This document shows, one piece after another, positions 36,630-48,887 of a stretch of DNA of 64,000 nucleotides. The position numbers and the translations under genes are program-made. The DNA is from Octopus vulgaris (taxonomy: Eukaryota), in assembly GCA_951406725.2 (NCBI GenBank), contig OX597814.1, forward strand, positions 202,554,001 through 202,618,000, given 5' to 3'. Within the stretch, counting starts at the first letter, position 1; each line of letters opens with the position of its first letter. The notes beneath the pieces were generated by a model. That model saw nothing but the letters and a program-made list of their open reading frames with translations. It was not told the origin of the DNA and did not search any database.

Positions 36630-36918
36630 CAGTGGTTCCCAAAGTGGGAAGTTATTTTGTTATGATGGTATGAATTGGAAATTAACTTCTGTAAATGGGG
36701 GGTGTTGAAGAAAAATGGGGTGATAAAGGGATGACCAAAACGGGGAATGGATGTAAAAAGAACAAACCGGTTAGGTTTTATTTGTGAAATACTGTTGTTT
36801 TGAATTTGCTGCAGAAAATGGTTTCTGTCTGTGTTGGTGAGTGGAGAGGAGGGGGAGCACTAAGAATGTTAATTCAAAACCAAGGGGGCTGCAGCCTGAA
36901 AAAATTTGGGAACCACTG
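36630..36918. mobile_element. hAT (Charlie-type) MITE inserted in a (CAT)n retroposon tail
   Basis: Perfect 14-bp TIRs CAGTGGTTCCCAAA / TTTGGGAACCACTG; 8-bp flanks ttttaaga / atttaaca (6 of 8 match). Confidence 0.85.
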
Positions 36919-37627
36919 ATTTAACATCCATGTTGTATGCTGGTATGGATTGGATGGCTTTTGCAGAACCTAATGGGTCCAAAGATTGCTTTGAATTTCA
37001 ATATCTGCTTTGGCATGGTTTCTATGGCTGCACCAACCATTTTATGTGAACTGGGTGATTTTTTCTTGTCATGGCACCAGCACTAGTTGGGTTGCTATAC
37101 AAGCTGCAAGACTACAATCTCTTTCTACAAAGTGGGGTTGCTAAATAGAAAGAGAAAGGCAGCTTTATGTTGTGGGATGGAGACTTACAATTAGTAAAAT
37201 AGTTTCAACTGGCAAGTGAAAGAACTGAATAAAGAAAAATTAAAATCTACCTAATTATTGATAGGAATAAGAGATTAGTCAATCCATATCCAGAGAAAGG
37301 CCACTTGATTGATTGGCATAAAGTCTTTCATATAGACATTCCAGCCTCTGGTCCACAAATGTTCTGTGTCTTTTCCCTGTCTCTGCCTTTGCTGCTGTTT
37401 CTACTATGGCCTCTGCTTCTGAGAGCTAGCTATAGCTAACCTTGTTCTATCTTCATTCAAGCATTCTTGATTCACTCATCCCTCCACTAGTCATTATTTC
37501 TAGCATGTCCATTCTCCATCAGGGTTTTCGGTCTTGCTTCTTTAGGACATTACCCCATGCCCACCAAATTCCTTCTTTCTTGCATTTGTCAATTTGTAAC
37601 AGTTTATGTAAAACATTCTCTCTCTCT

Positions 37628-37834
37628 CTTTTACTCTTTTACTTGTTTCAGTCATTTGACTGCAGCCATGCTGGAGCACTGCCTTTAATCGAGCAACTCG
37701 ACCCCGGGACTTATTCTTTGTAAGCCCAGTACTTATTCTATCGGTCTCTTTTGCCGAACCGCTAAGTAACGGGGACATAAACACACCAGCATCGGTTGTC
37801 AAGCAATGCTAGAGGGACAAACACAGACACACAT

Positions 37835-37875
<41 letters not shown>

Positions 37876-38078
37876 TACAACGGGCTTCTTTCAGTTTCTA
37901 CCTACCAAATCGACTCACAAGGCTTTGGTTGGCCCGAGACTATAGTAGAAGACACTTGCCCAAGGTGCCACGCAGTGGGACTGAAACCGGAACCATGTGG
38001 TTCAGTCCCACTGCGTGGCACCTTGGGCAAGTGTCTTCTACTATAGCCTCGGGCCGACCAAAGCCTTGTGAGTGGATT
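37628..38078 (-). mobile_element. SINE family A with fold-back (inverted) 5' end
   Basis: Minus-strand copy 37628-38000 followed directly by a plus-strand copy of its own head region, 38001-38078. Confidence 0.9.
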
Positions 38079-38271
38079 AAGACATTAATCTCAGCAGATT
38101 GGGAAATCTGTTACAGCCATGTGTATTGGGCCTACTTTCAGACCTAACAAAATAAAAACAAAAAAAAAAGTTTTATCATGATACTTAGTTCTTATAAATA
38201 AATTCTATCCATCATACAACTGTTTAATTTCTTCAGTTGACCAAATGACTTTTATTTTTACATTATATTAA

Positions 38272-38637
38272 TCTATATCTATATATATATAAAGCTGAAG
38301 TTGTCTGTGTATAGCAGGTTTGGTAGCCTTCAACTAACACTATCTCCTCTGAGACCCTGCGGTGCAAGTTGACCAAAATTAAGAGTAGAAGAAGGCTTGC
38401 TCTTCATTCCATACAAGATAAAATTCAAATCGGTCCATGTTAAGACCAAAAATTATTTACATCAAAAAGGTGCTTTTTTTCTATGAAAATCCTTATTTTT
38501 TACAATTTTTTTACTGCAGTGTCGCCATTTTTTGGTGTATTTCAACCAGAAAATGTTCACTTAAAGAGAATAACAAGCTACATAATGCAAAACTTTTACT
38601 TTTCAAAAATTCCAATTCTAGCAGGCGATACTGCTAG
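38272..38637 (+). mobile_element. Non-autonomous Helitron (same family as 24093-24492)
   Basis: A|TCTATATC start, ggcgatactgCTAG|T end; left arm of the subterminal hairpin is deleted. Confidence 0.85.
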
Positions 38638-40046
38638 TTTTATAATAAATGTGATATTCAAATTTCAACATGAAGCTGCTGACTTGATAGAAGCATGCAA
38701 GATTATCTCCCATCTTTCCAACAATAATCTTGGCTACCTTTTTGAATTCAATACCTCAGTCTCTCACAGATATCAAAAATAAATAAATAAATCAAAAATA
38801 AATTTTAAAAAAACAGAAAAAAAAGTTTGGACCATTCTAAATTTTGATTAAAGAACTTTTATACCTTTTCCTTATCGAGTGGAATCAAGTTTATTCACAA
38901 AAGAAAATAATATAAAAACTATAATTGCTTCATTATAAGTGGATTCATTTTTAATACTCTTCCAAATCTTTCAGAACAAACTATATTATATATATAGCTT
39001 TGTAAGAATAGCATTCCATATGTGTGTGTGTGTGTATATATATATATATGTATGTATGTATGTATGGTATATATGTTCAATCTTATTAATATTTTAATTT
39101 TTTTAATTTATTTTTTGTCTATTTTTGTATGGCTTTAATTTTGGTATTCTGCATTTTTGAGATTACTGAAATAATTCGCTTCATTTTATGACATGGGGGG
39201 AAAAAAAATTTCTTTTTTTTCCCCCCTTTTTATTTTGAGATTTATAATGTACTTTAGTTATTTCTGTACATTTCAAATTTGCAAACTAGAACATTCATAA
39301 TTTCTGTTAGTATTTCTTGGTAATTTTGATTTTTTTGAATTTTTCGTCTTCAATTATTTTCTGACATTCAGTTTTTCTGCAACATTTAATCTGTTTTTAA
39401 TATATATAAGAGAATTTCAAATTTACAATAATCTTATTTTAAAATTTCTCATCGTATTAAATACACCAAAGTTTTAAACTATCAAACATTGAATAAACTG
39501 AAATCTTTATTGATAACCTTCACTGTTTAATAGAACCGTAGTGTGTGTGTGTGTGTGTGTGTGCACACATTTGTGTTTGTATCATCATTTTCATCATCAG
39601 TTAATGTTTGCTTTACCATGCTTGTATAAGTTAGATGAAATTTGTTGAAGCAGATTTCTACAACTGGATGTCCTTCCTTTTGCCAAACTTCACTTGTTTT
39701 TAAGTAAAGTAATATTTCCTTATGGTGGCCACATATTTTTCAGAATGACTAGAAACAAGCAACGTAGCTTGTAATATGCTCTTTTACAACCACCAATTAA
39801 CCCCTTACCCAGCAAAGACAAGTTAACTTGTCTTCACCCAATTTGTCTTTTTCAGGGTGCGATGAGTAAACTCGTCCAAAACACAGATGAGTTTATCCTT
39901 CAATTCTTGGCATTTCTCGGTTTTTATCAGTTTTTTTTTTATTACAAATTATACCCATTTTCTATTTGAAAGAAAAAAAATATCCTTCTGAGTAGGTTCA
40001 TCCAGCCTCATCAATCATGTCACTCTCATCCACCTTTCAATAAACA

Positions 40047-40061
40047 CACTAGAGGGCAGCA
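40047..40061 (+). promoter_or_regulatory. CTCF-like motif
   Basis: cactagagggcagca matches the CCACYAGRGGGCRG core except for the first C; motif match only. Confidence 0.3.
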
Positions 40062-40153
40062 CTTCCCCCCAACCCTCACTTTCCTCTTCGAATGATACTT
40101 GAAGATATTGATGAGAGCTTAATGATGATGATGATAGAAATAATAATAACAAT

Positions 40154-40368
40154 AACAAGAGCACTCAGCGCAAACCTCCGCCAAGGTAACACCAACGTCC
40201 TCTCAACAATTAGTCAGAGATGATTTTTAAAATGAGAATATCTGAAATAAACTCGACTGCTCTTACAAATAAGAATACTAAAAATGAACTCAACCACTCT
40301 CAAAAATTAAGTAAAAAAAACCCAGAAAAATAATCCAGAATCCTTGTCCGGTGCCTGATCAATCCCAA
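40154..40368 (-). mobile_element. Helitron-like non-autonomous element, terminal fragment
   Basis: Plus-strand aacaagagcactcagcgcaaacctccgccaagg terminus and ccagaatcc...ccgg...gatc motifs resemble invertebrate non-autonomous Helitrons from memory; other end not found. Confidence 0.45.
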
Positions 40369-40439
40369 TAGTAGTCATGAAATGTGAAGGTGGATGTGCA
40401 GGCCTTGTTTGTAATGCTGTGTGTGTGTTGTCTGTAGCG

Positions 40440-40620
40440 AGAACAGGGACAGTTTTCTCTATGGCCTTTTTTAATCTATCCACTGATATAGTGTCTTTAC
40501 AACCATTAAGGTCTATAGCAAATAATTTATCCATGCATGAAAGAAAACGGAAAGGACCTGCATATGGTGCTGTTAATGAAGGTTTAACAACATCGTTGCA
40601 CACAAAAACGTGAGTCCAAG
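40440..40620 (-). mobile_element. Ty3/Gypsy LTR-retrotransposon integrase C-terminal fragment
   Basis: THVFVCNDVVKPSLTAPYAGPFRFLSCMDKLFAIDLNGCKDTISVDRLKKA: GPY/F motif and the SxDRLK end of Gypsy pol. Confidence 0.85.
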
Positions 40621-40664
40621 AAGTAAAGCTTCCTTCAAGGCAGAGCTAGAAATGATTCTTATAT

Positions 40665-40888
40665 ATTGCCCACAAGGGGCTAAACATAGAGGGGACAAAC
40701 AAGGACAGACAAAGAGATTAAGTCAATTACATCGACCCCGGTGCGTAACTGGTACTTAATTTATTGACTCAGAAAGGATGAAAGGCTAAGTCAACCTAGG
40801 TGGAATTTGAACTCAGAACGTAAAGACAGACGAAATACCGCTTAGCATTGCACCCGATGTGCTAACGTTTCTGCCAGCTCGCTGCTTT
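40665..40888 (-). mobile_element. SINE family B, alternative tail type
   Basis: As 35928-36150. Confidence 0.9.
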
Positions 40889-42334
40889 GAAAAAAAGTCG
40901 ATGAGAGCTTGACTGAAGAGGAAGGTGTCTTTCCTCTTATCCATCTCACAACCTCTTTTGCCAGAGCCACTAAACAGAAGCACTAACAACAACAATAATA
41001 ATAATAATAATGATGATGATAATAATTCTTTATTAACCACAAGGGTTTACATAAAGAAAAACATTATGGACAGTAGAGAAAAAAAACAAAGAATACGTGT
41101 GTGTTGTTGTGAGGGTTTTAATGATAATATTGTCTCCTTTTCAGAATTGTAATGTTTTCAGTTTTGAGTTTCTGTTCTTTTATTTATTATTCAAGTCAGT
41201 TCTCTGATAGAATTGAAAGGAAAAACTTGTCGGCTAAAACACTGGCAACTATTCAAAGTAACAAGGCTGCTAGAGACCTAAGGGAACTGTTCGCATAACT
41301 TTTTATTTCAAGAGATAATATAGTTCCATTTGAAGTTGTGTCTGTTATTGACTGATGTTATTGTAGTGTTATTCATTTATTCTCTCCGTCGAACGGTTAT
41401 TTGCAAAGGGATTCTTTAGTCTGTTGGTAATTGTTCCAAAACAATCTATAAAATACTGTCAAAAACTTTTTGCTTTGAATCTATTATGTAATACAATTTA
41501 TTGTTAGTTTGTCAGCTTTCTATGAAATAAGTACTTTTAATGAATCTAAAACAACTGTTTCATCAATGGTATTTCTGGAAATTCTAAAGAAATATTTATT
41601 TAATCAACCTATTAAATTCTTTTGTTGTTGAACAATAATTCATTTACACAATGCTTTCTTAATAAACTATAACTTGATTAATGCTTCGCTAAAGATGATA
41701 ACTTCTTAAATTTTAATATTTAGCAGATGCTGGTTTGTTAAAGGTGCATTACATTAATTTAGATCTCTCTCTCTCTCTCTTCCTCTTCCCCTTTCTGTCT
41801 TAATCTCTCTCCCACATCTCTCTTTTTCCCCCTCTCATAGTGTTTCTTTGCTCTCAGGGATGTTATCAATGTTGTTGATGTTTCCATTTCTTATGAAAGT
41901 AGCTTAATCATTGGTCACTAGATTAATGCTGAAGCTACAAGATGATCCTTGTCCCAGAACTTATTATCAAAGAGCTCTTTAATTTCTCCTGGTTCTTTCT
42001 CTCCTCAGCTTGTGATATGGAATATGATCCACAGCATCAATTTCTTCCCAGCATGATCACTTCATGTTATTATAGTCTTCAACTACCTTTTCCCAGTTTC
42101 TAGTCATGATCTTGGTGGTTTCGTGAAAGAGTTCCTTAGGTACAGTACTCTTCTGCATGTTCAGGGTACTACATCTGTTTGACCATTCTTCAATCTAACA
42201 TCCTTTATACCATCACCATCAATGGTGGTGTTGATGAAGATGGGGGTGGAAGTAGTGGAAATGATGAGTAGTGGTGTTTGCTGATGGTTATGTTGGTGGT
42301 GGTGGTCATGTTGTAGATGATGATGATTGTTACT

Positions 42335-42822
42335 TAACCTTTTTTTATCATATTTCTACTGAAACACACGTTTTTCTTTTACTTGTTTGAGTCATTTGAC
42401 TGTGGCCATTTTGGGGCACCACTTTGAAGAATTTTTAGACAAATGAATTTGATCCTGGCACATTTTTTTTAAAGACTGGTACATATTCTATCAGTCACTT
42501 TTGCCAAACTGCTACGTTACAGGGATGTAAACACACCAACACCAGTTGTCAAGAGGTGGTGGTGGGCAAACACAGATGCTAAGACACACACACACACACA
42601 CATAAATATATATACATCATCATCATTGTTTAACATCTGCTTTCCATGCTGGCATGGGCTGGACAGTTTGACTGAGAACTGGCAGGCCAGGTGGCTTCAC
42701 CAGGATCTAGTCTGATTTGGCAAGGTTTCTACAGTTGGAGGCCCTTCCTAATGCCAACCACTCCCAGAGTGTAGCAGGTGCATTTTACATGCCACCAGCA
42801 TAGGTGCCAGTCAGGTGGCACT

Positions 42823-42856
<34 letters not shown>

Positions 42857-42915
42857 CCATGCCTGCATGGAAAGCGGATATTAAATAATGATGATGATGA
42901 TATATCTACACATGC

Positions 42916-42951
<36 letters not shown>

Positions 42952-43282
42952 CAAGCTTCTCTCAGTTTCAGACTACCAAACCCACTCACAAATGGGTTTG
43001 GTAGACTGAAACTGGTTTTGCTCAAGTTGCTGTGATGTATGTCTGAACCCAGAACCTCACGGTTGGGAAGCAGACTTCTTACCACACAGCCACACTTGTG
43101 CATTTGTTTGTTTGAACTAATGTAAAAAAATGGTGAAGAATTTAGTAAAATAGTTTTGTTATTATTTAGTGTTTGAGGCATAAATTAACATGCAATTTTG
43201 TCGTAAGGTTTGAATTTAGATTAACTCAGATCACATTAAAACAACCAGTTTGTACCATAGTGCCAGGGGCAGTCTCAGGCAG
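42335..43282. mobile_element. TTAA-flanked MITE split by nested family A and family C retroposons
   Basis: TTAA|CCTTTT at the left and ggttggtatcaaaatgg|TTAA at the right; the right part recurs at about 6250-6390 and 30290-30425; A (minus) and C (minus) copies lie inside. Confidence 0.55.
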
Positions 43283-43799
43283 GTTGGTATCAAAATGGTT
43301 AATACTTGTTCTTGCTACATAACATCAATCTGAGTTTATATTGGACTTGATAGGGAAATAATGAACATGGAAATCATGTATATTAAAATATGCTAAAATA
43401 TTCTAATATGTAAAAGCTTGGCCAAATTTCAGGGAAAAATTAATCAAACAGATTAAAAATTGGATACATTTCTGAACACGCAGATGAGATTTATTTGATT
43501 TGTTTAGTTTTCTTTTCCTTCCTTGCAGTCATATTATGCTGTATAAAAACTATAACCAATTCTAGAGAAACGACATTTTTATCGATATTTATTGTGACTT
43601 TATGATCACTGATCCATAATTCATGTAAATCTGAACTTAGATGTTTTCTGCTCAATGTTGAAGAATTTTTTTTTGTTTTTTTTAAACGCTGCTATATTAG
43701 TATTCAACTTTGGCTTTTGATATTGACCGTAGATTGCATATGCTTCATGTGTTATTTATTCTGGATACACATGTTCTCTTGTTCGCTCTAACGTATACA

Positions 43800-43870
43800 T
43801 ACACAGGCATATACACGGACTTACATACACACACACACCCTTGCATACATATACATGTGTGAGTGCGTGC

Positions 43871-43907
<37 letters not shown>

Positions 43908-44073
43908 TGGGTGTGTGTGTGTGTATATATATATATATATGATGATGATGATGATGATATATATATCTATATATATATATTTATATAAATAAATAAATAT
44001 ATCTATATATGTGTATGTGTGTATGCATATGTATATCTGTATGTATATATATGCATGTATTTATGTGTGGGTA

Positions 44074-44117
<44 letters not shown>

Positions 44118-44210
44118 TATCTGCATATGTATATAATATATGTGTATGTGTGCATGTATATATGTATGTATGTATATATATATGCATGTATTTATATGTG
44201 TGGGTGTGTG

Positions 44211-44248
<38 letters not shown>

Positions 44249-44255
44249 TATATGA
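43800..44255. repeat. TA/TG-rich compound microsatellite with internal duplication
   Basis: Long (TA)n and (TG)n tracts; tgcatgtatttat-tgtgggt occurs twice. Confidence 0.95.
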
Positions 44256-45019
44256 AAGAAATAGAAAAAAACACACCAAAAACCTATAGGCTATAAACCT
44301 CTACCTCTGATAATCCTGATAACTGCCAGTAATTATACCTCTAGACTTTTTATCAGTCATTTTGCATTTGGATTTTATATTTATTTTAATTTTTTTTATG
44401 TTTGTTTCTTTGCTTGTAAGTTCCTTTATCTCACTTGTGATCACATTATCTGCCAGCTGTACTATGACATCACCAGCATCACATAGGACTTTGGTAGGAT
44501 GGGTTTTGAGTAGAGAAAGGAAGAGAGAGAGAGGGAGGGGGTGAATGGGGGGCAGACAGATATTTGAAGTACGTAGCATATATATCTTGAGAGTTGAGAT
44601 ACACTAATACAAAGCTGATGTGTTTCTCTTTTCCTTTACTTTTCTTTATCTAAGTAACTGCTTCCTCTTAATGGTGTGTGAGTGCATGTGTTCTGTTGTT
44701 TTCCGCCCTTTTTTTTCCATACTTGTATTGGTTGAATAAATGTTATTTGAAGCGTTGTTTTACAGTCAGATTGCCCTTCCTGATTCTAACCTTTGCCTGG
44801 TTTTCTAGCAAAGGGCCTCTTGTTCTACATGGCTTTAAAAATATACTGTGACCAGATGATTTGTTGACGTGAGAACTAACAACAACAACACTGCCTCCCA
44901 TAACTTACATGTAAGCACAGATGCAAAAGCACACACACACACACAATCTCCCAGAGCCATGCACAAAGGTTTGATCAGCTTGGGACTATGACAGAAGATG
45001 CCTCAGGTGCTATATATAT

Positions 45020-45433
45020 TTCTTTACTACCCACAAGGGGCTAAACATAGAGGGGACAAACAAGGACAGACAAAGGGATTAAGTCGATTAAATCAACCCC
45101 AGTACGTAACTGGTACTTATTTAATCGACCCCGAAAGGATGAAAGGCAAAGTCGACCTCTGCGGAATTTGAACTCAGAACTTAGCGGCAAACGAAATGCC
45201 TATTTCTTTACTACCCACAAGGGGCTAAACATAGAGGGGACAAACAAGGACAGACAAAGGGATTAAGTCAATTACATCAACTCCAGTACGTAACTGGTAC
45301 TTATTTAATTGACCCCGAAAGGTTGAAAGGCAAAGTCGACCTCTGCGGAATTTGAACTCAGAACCTAACAACAGACAAAATACTGCTAAGCATTTCGCCC
45401 AGCGCACTAACGTTTCTGCCAGCTTGCCGCCTT
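45020..45433 (-). mobile_element. Tandem dimer of SINE family B (alternative tail)
   Basis: Two near-identical units of about 185 bp starting near 45020 and 45203; the first lacks the extreme 5' head. Confidence 0.9.
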
Positions 45434-46279
45434 ATATATAGCACCTCAGGTGCAATATAGTGGGATGGAACCCACAATCACGTGTCTGAGAAGTGATCTT
45501 CTCAGGCACTCAACCTGAAGGTGGGATTCAAAAAAGAAATCACAACAATATTGAATATTCTGATCAGAGTTTGAAAGAGAAAGAAAATAAATGCATGCCA
45601 TTATTCTTCTCTTTTACTTTTTCAAATCCCTGGCCTGTTAGCATGCTGGGGCATAACCTGCAACAGTGTGTGTATATCATCATCATTGTTTTCTGCCTGA
45701 CATGAGTCAGATGATTCATGTTGCTTCCCTACATGGGTCAGGGCACCACATGTCACTGGTAAGTTTCATTTTAGGTCTCTATACCTTGATGCCCTTCTTT
45801 ATACCAAATACTTTACTGTGTGTAATTGATTGCATGTTTACATGGCACCAGTACTAGGGAGGTTGTCATATCTTCAACAAGACTAAAGGCACCTCTCAAC
45901 CCCACACTCAGCAGTGTGTACTGGGTACATTTTATCAATCCATGCTGTGATAAAATGCATCTTGTGGACTCAGTTAAAAGTGGGTTAATGAATACCTATA
46001 GTCTTGTCAAGGACATAACCTCTTCAGTATCAGTATCATCATGTACATTGATGATACATTTCAATGTAAAGTCTATGGAGAGTGCCCAGCAGACATAAGT
46101 CTAGAACAAGAATGAATAAATGAGTGTTCAGACAGTAATTGCATTTTTCACCACCATGAAATATGAATCAACCAATCACATCTGAGTCAAGGTCAAATGG
46201 GTGGGAACTGTCTAATAATAGTACATCATCTCTTCTATCTGGCAGTGTGTCATTCATAGTTATTTCAGTAATTAACCCC

Positions 46280-47478
46280 ATGGAGTGTAAGAACTTTATG
46301 AAGCAACATATTCACCATTGCTTACTGTATAGGTTTTGAATGAAAAATATTACTATAAAAGCAATGGAAAACATTTGTAATGTGTATCTGGAAACAGTGA
46401 GAGCTCATACGTGTCAGCTGTGGTTTAAAAGTCTTAAAAGATGGTGATTGTGACATATCTGACAAGCCTCACTCTGGAAGATGATCCACTCTGAATGACA
46501 ACCTTTTGAATGAGACTTTTGTATCAGATCCATTTCAAAGAGATTTGGTGCAAAATTTAACGTGTCGTGTTCAAATATCCATGAATATCTCAAGCAAATT
46601 GGGAAAAAGTGCAAAGAGGGAATTTGGGTTCCACATGAGCTTACGCTTGAGAACTGAATGCAACATTCTACCATCTGCAGCAGTCATCTAGCCAGGAATA
46701 ACAACCTGTCATTTCCGCAGTACATTATTACAGGAGATGAAAAATGGGTTTTGCATTACAACTGAAAAAGGAAAAGGCAATGATTGTCATGTAACGAGAG
46801 GCCAGTGCCAACACCAAGACCAGAACTCCATCCACAAAAATCCTTGCTCTGTGTTTGGTGGAACATGAAAGATCTTGTCAATTATGAACTACTGGAACAT
46901 GGAAGGACCATCAATGCAGAAGTCTACTACCAACAGCTTGATCACGTAAATGAAAGATTATGTCAAAAGTTTGTAAACAGAAAAGATATTATTCTCCAGC
47001 ATGACAATGTGTGGCTACATTCTTCAAAACAAACCCAAGAAAAAATAAGATCATTAGGATGTAAAGCTCTTCTACATCCTCCATACTCACCTGACTTAGC
47101 ACCTATAGATGTACATTTGTTCCAATCACTAGAACATTTTATAAGAGGCAAAACATTCAGAAACAGAGAGGAAGTTGAAAACAGTCTTTTAGTGTCAAAA
47201 CTATTGAAAAGGTTACAAGACGCAACGAAAATTTTAGGACAATAAAAATAAGAAGAAAGTGGAAATTTTACCGGTGAGTGTGTTACATTGTAAGGCACAA
47301 AAAGAAAATGATTCTCCCCAGACACAACAGAATATGCTTCAACACACGAACTCATATAAAGAATCTTGCAAACCAAATCCAAAAATGAAATAGTCTTTTT
47401 TTCGTTTGTCACATAAAAAAGTTACTTTCCTATTGGACTGCAGTCATTGAAAATGATGGTGATTACATTCCTGATTAA
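46280..47478 (+). pseudogene. Mariner transposase pseudogene
   Basis: Motifs WVPHEL, IITGDEKWV, LLCVWWN, ILQHDN, HPPYSPDLAPIDVHLF and C-terminal IKKLLSYWTAVIENDGDYIPD*; several stops and frameshifts; insertion at 47191-47386. Confidence 0.92.
47191..47386. mobile_element. Retroelement fragment inserted in the mariner ORF (same family as 5681-5900)
   Basis: Shares gtgagtgtgttaca...aaggcacaaaaagaaaatga-tctccccagacac...gaatcttgcaaaccaaatccaaaa; flanks gaaaacagtctttt / gaaatagtcttttt resemble a TSD of about 14 bp. Confidence 0.8.
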
Positions 47479-48488
47479 AACTATTCCGATAAAAGTAGTT
47501 TACATTCACTTTTATATCCTTTCTGGTAAAATGCAATTACTTTCTGAATACCCTAAGATATATATATATATATCATCATCATATATAAAATACATATATA
47601 AAATAAATATTATTTATGAGATGAACTGAAAATAAATCACATATATATATATATATATCAAAATATAGACAATGTTTCAGCTCTTGACATAATGTGTATC
47701 TGTAAGATAGATGCATGTAAAATAACATATATTCATGTCAACAGCCAGAGTGACCAGAGAGAGATTTGCTACAAGTTTATTCATTTTTATGGGTAGGATG
47801 GCAGATGTAAAATAGAACATAGGGCATGGTAAATGAAGTTGAAATGTCTTCACCATACAGCAAAATCTCTTTGAGGTAGAAATTCTATACACCAAAGCAC
47901 CTGGCAATTTCAGAAATAAACAATAAATTGCAACACTGGAGTCATATCTATAAGTATTCATCAAATACATTGATGCTATATATCCATGCAAAGTCTATGT
48001 AGATTTCTCAATAGGCCTAATGTAAATCTAGAGCAATCATATATACACACACACATACATATGTACATCTAGAACAATCATACACACACAGAGGCAAGCT
48101 AAAATAGAATCCAAGGAGACTGGTGGTGTTCTGCATTGATAAATTTGTATTATTTTGGAAAAAGTAACAAAAATAGAATGGGAAAATGCCATGGGGCATG
48201 CTGTATCTGTTTTGGACAGTTCTTCAAAGTTAATATGGCAGTGGGGATGAAAAGGGAGGAGTGGAAAGTGCTTAAGCAACTGGCTACAACTGATGGGGAA
48301 CACAAGACAATGTAAGCTTGCATACATAGAGGAAGTAGTAGGAGGAAGAAATTGGGTGAGAGAGGGAGAAGGAAAGAGTGACGAGGGTGAGGTGGAAAGA
48401 TAAATTTAAGAGAAGCTGAAGTGTGTGTGTATTTGTATATATGTACATATTAATGATGTGTGTGTGTGTGTATATATACATATATATG

Positions 48489-48524
<36 letters not shown>

Positions 48525-48887
48525 ATTTCAATGTATACTGAGGTAAGAAATTTTTACCTGATGATAATGAATTATATGTTATGATGACTCTATGAATTCA
48601 TTGATAAAATTTTACTGAAATATCAGTTGTAAATTTTTAAATGCCATTTGTGTTTATTTGATGTATGCACGTGTGTGTGTGTGTAAGAGAGTTTCTTTCC
48701 GTCTTGATAATAGATATATGAAAGGTAAAATATAAACAAGACTTTACAATAAATTTGACTCCACCCTTAGCACTGAGACCCCCCTCCTCTCATCAGCAAA
48801 TGTTCTGTTCCTACTCTCAAACTCACTTCAAAGCAATAACCTCAGATTAACAACTGATGATGTCATGGTAAAATGAAAATAAGTCAA

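Larger units (their letters stand above)
46117..47560 (+). mobile_element. Full-length decayed mariner (DD34D) transposon
   Basis: Imperfect TIRs (tgagtgttcagacagtaattgcatttt / aaaatgcaattactttctgaataccct) with TA-rich flanks, enclosing a transposase pseudogene. Confidence 0.9.

Noticed and set aside
41850-42200. Possible very old RTE-like fragment on the minus strand
   Set aside because: Too decayed to recover a diagnostic motif.
44301-44579. 92-aa minus-strand ORF with a protein-like middle
   Set aside because: Includes low-complexity CT and A-rich segments, no clear splice sites, no recognised homology.
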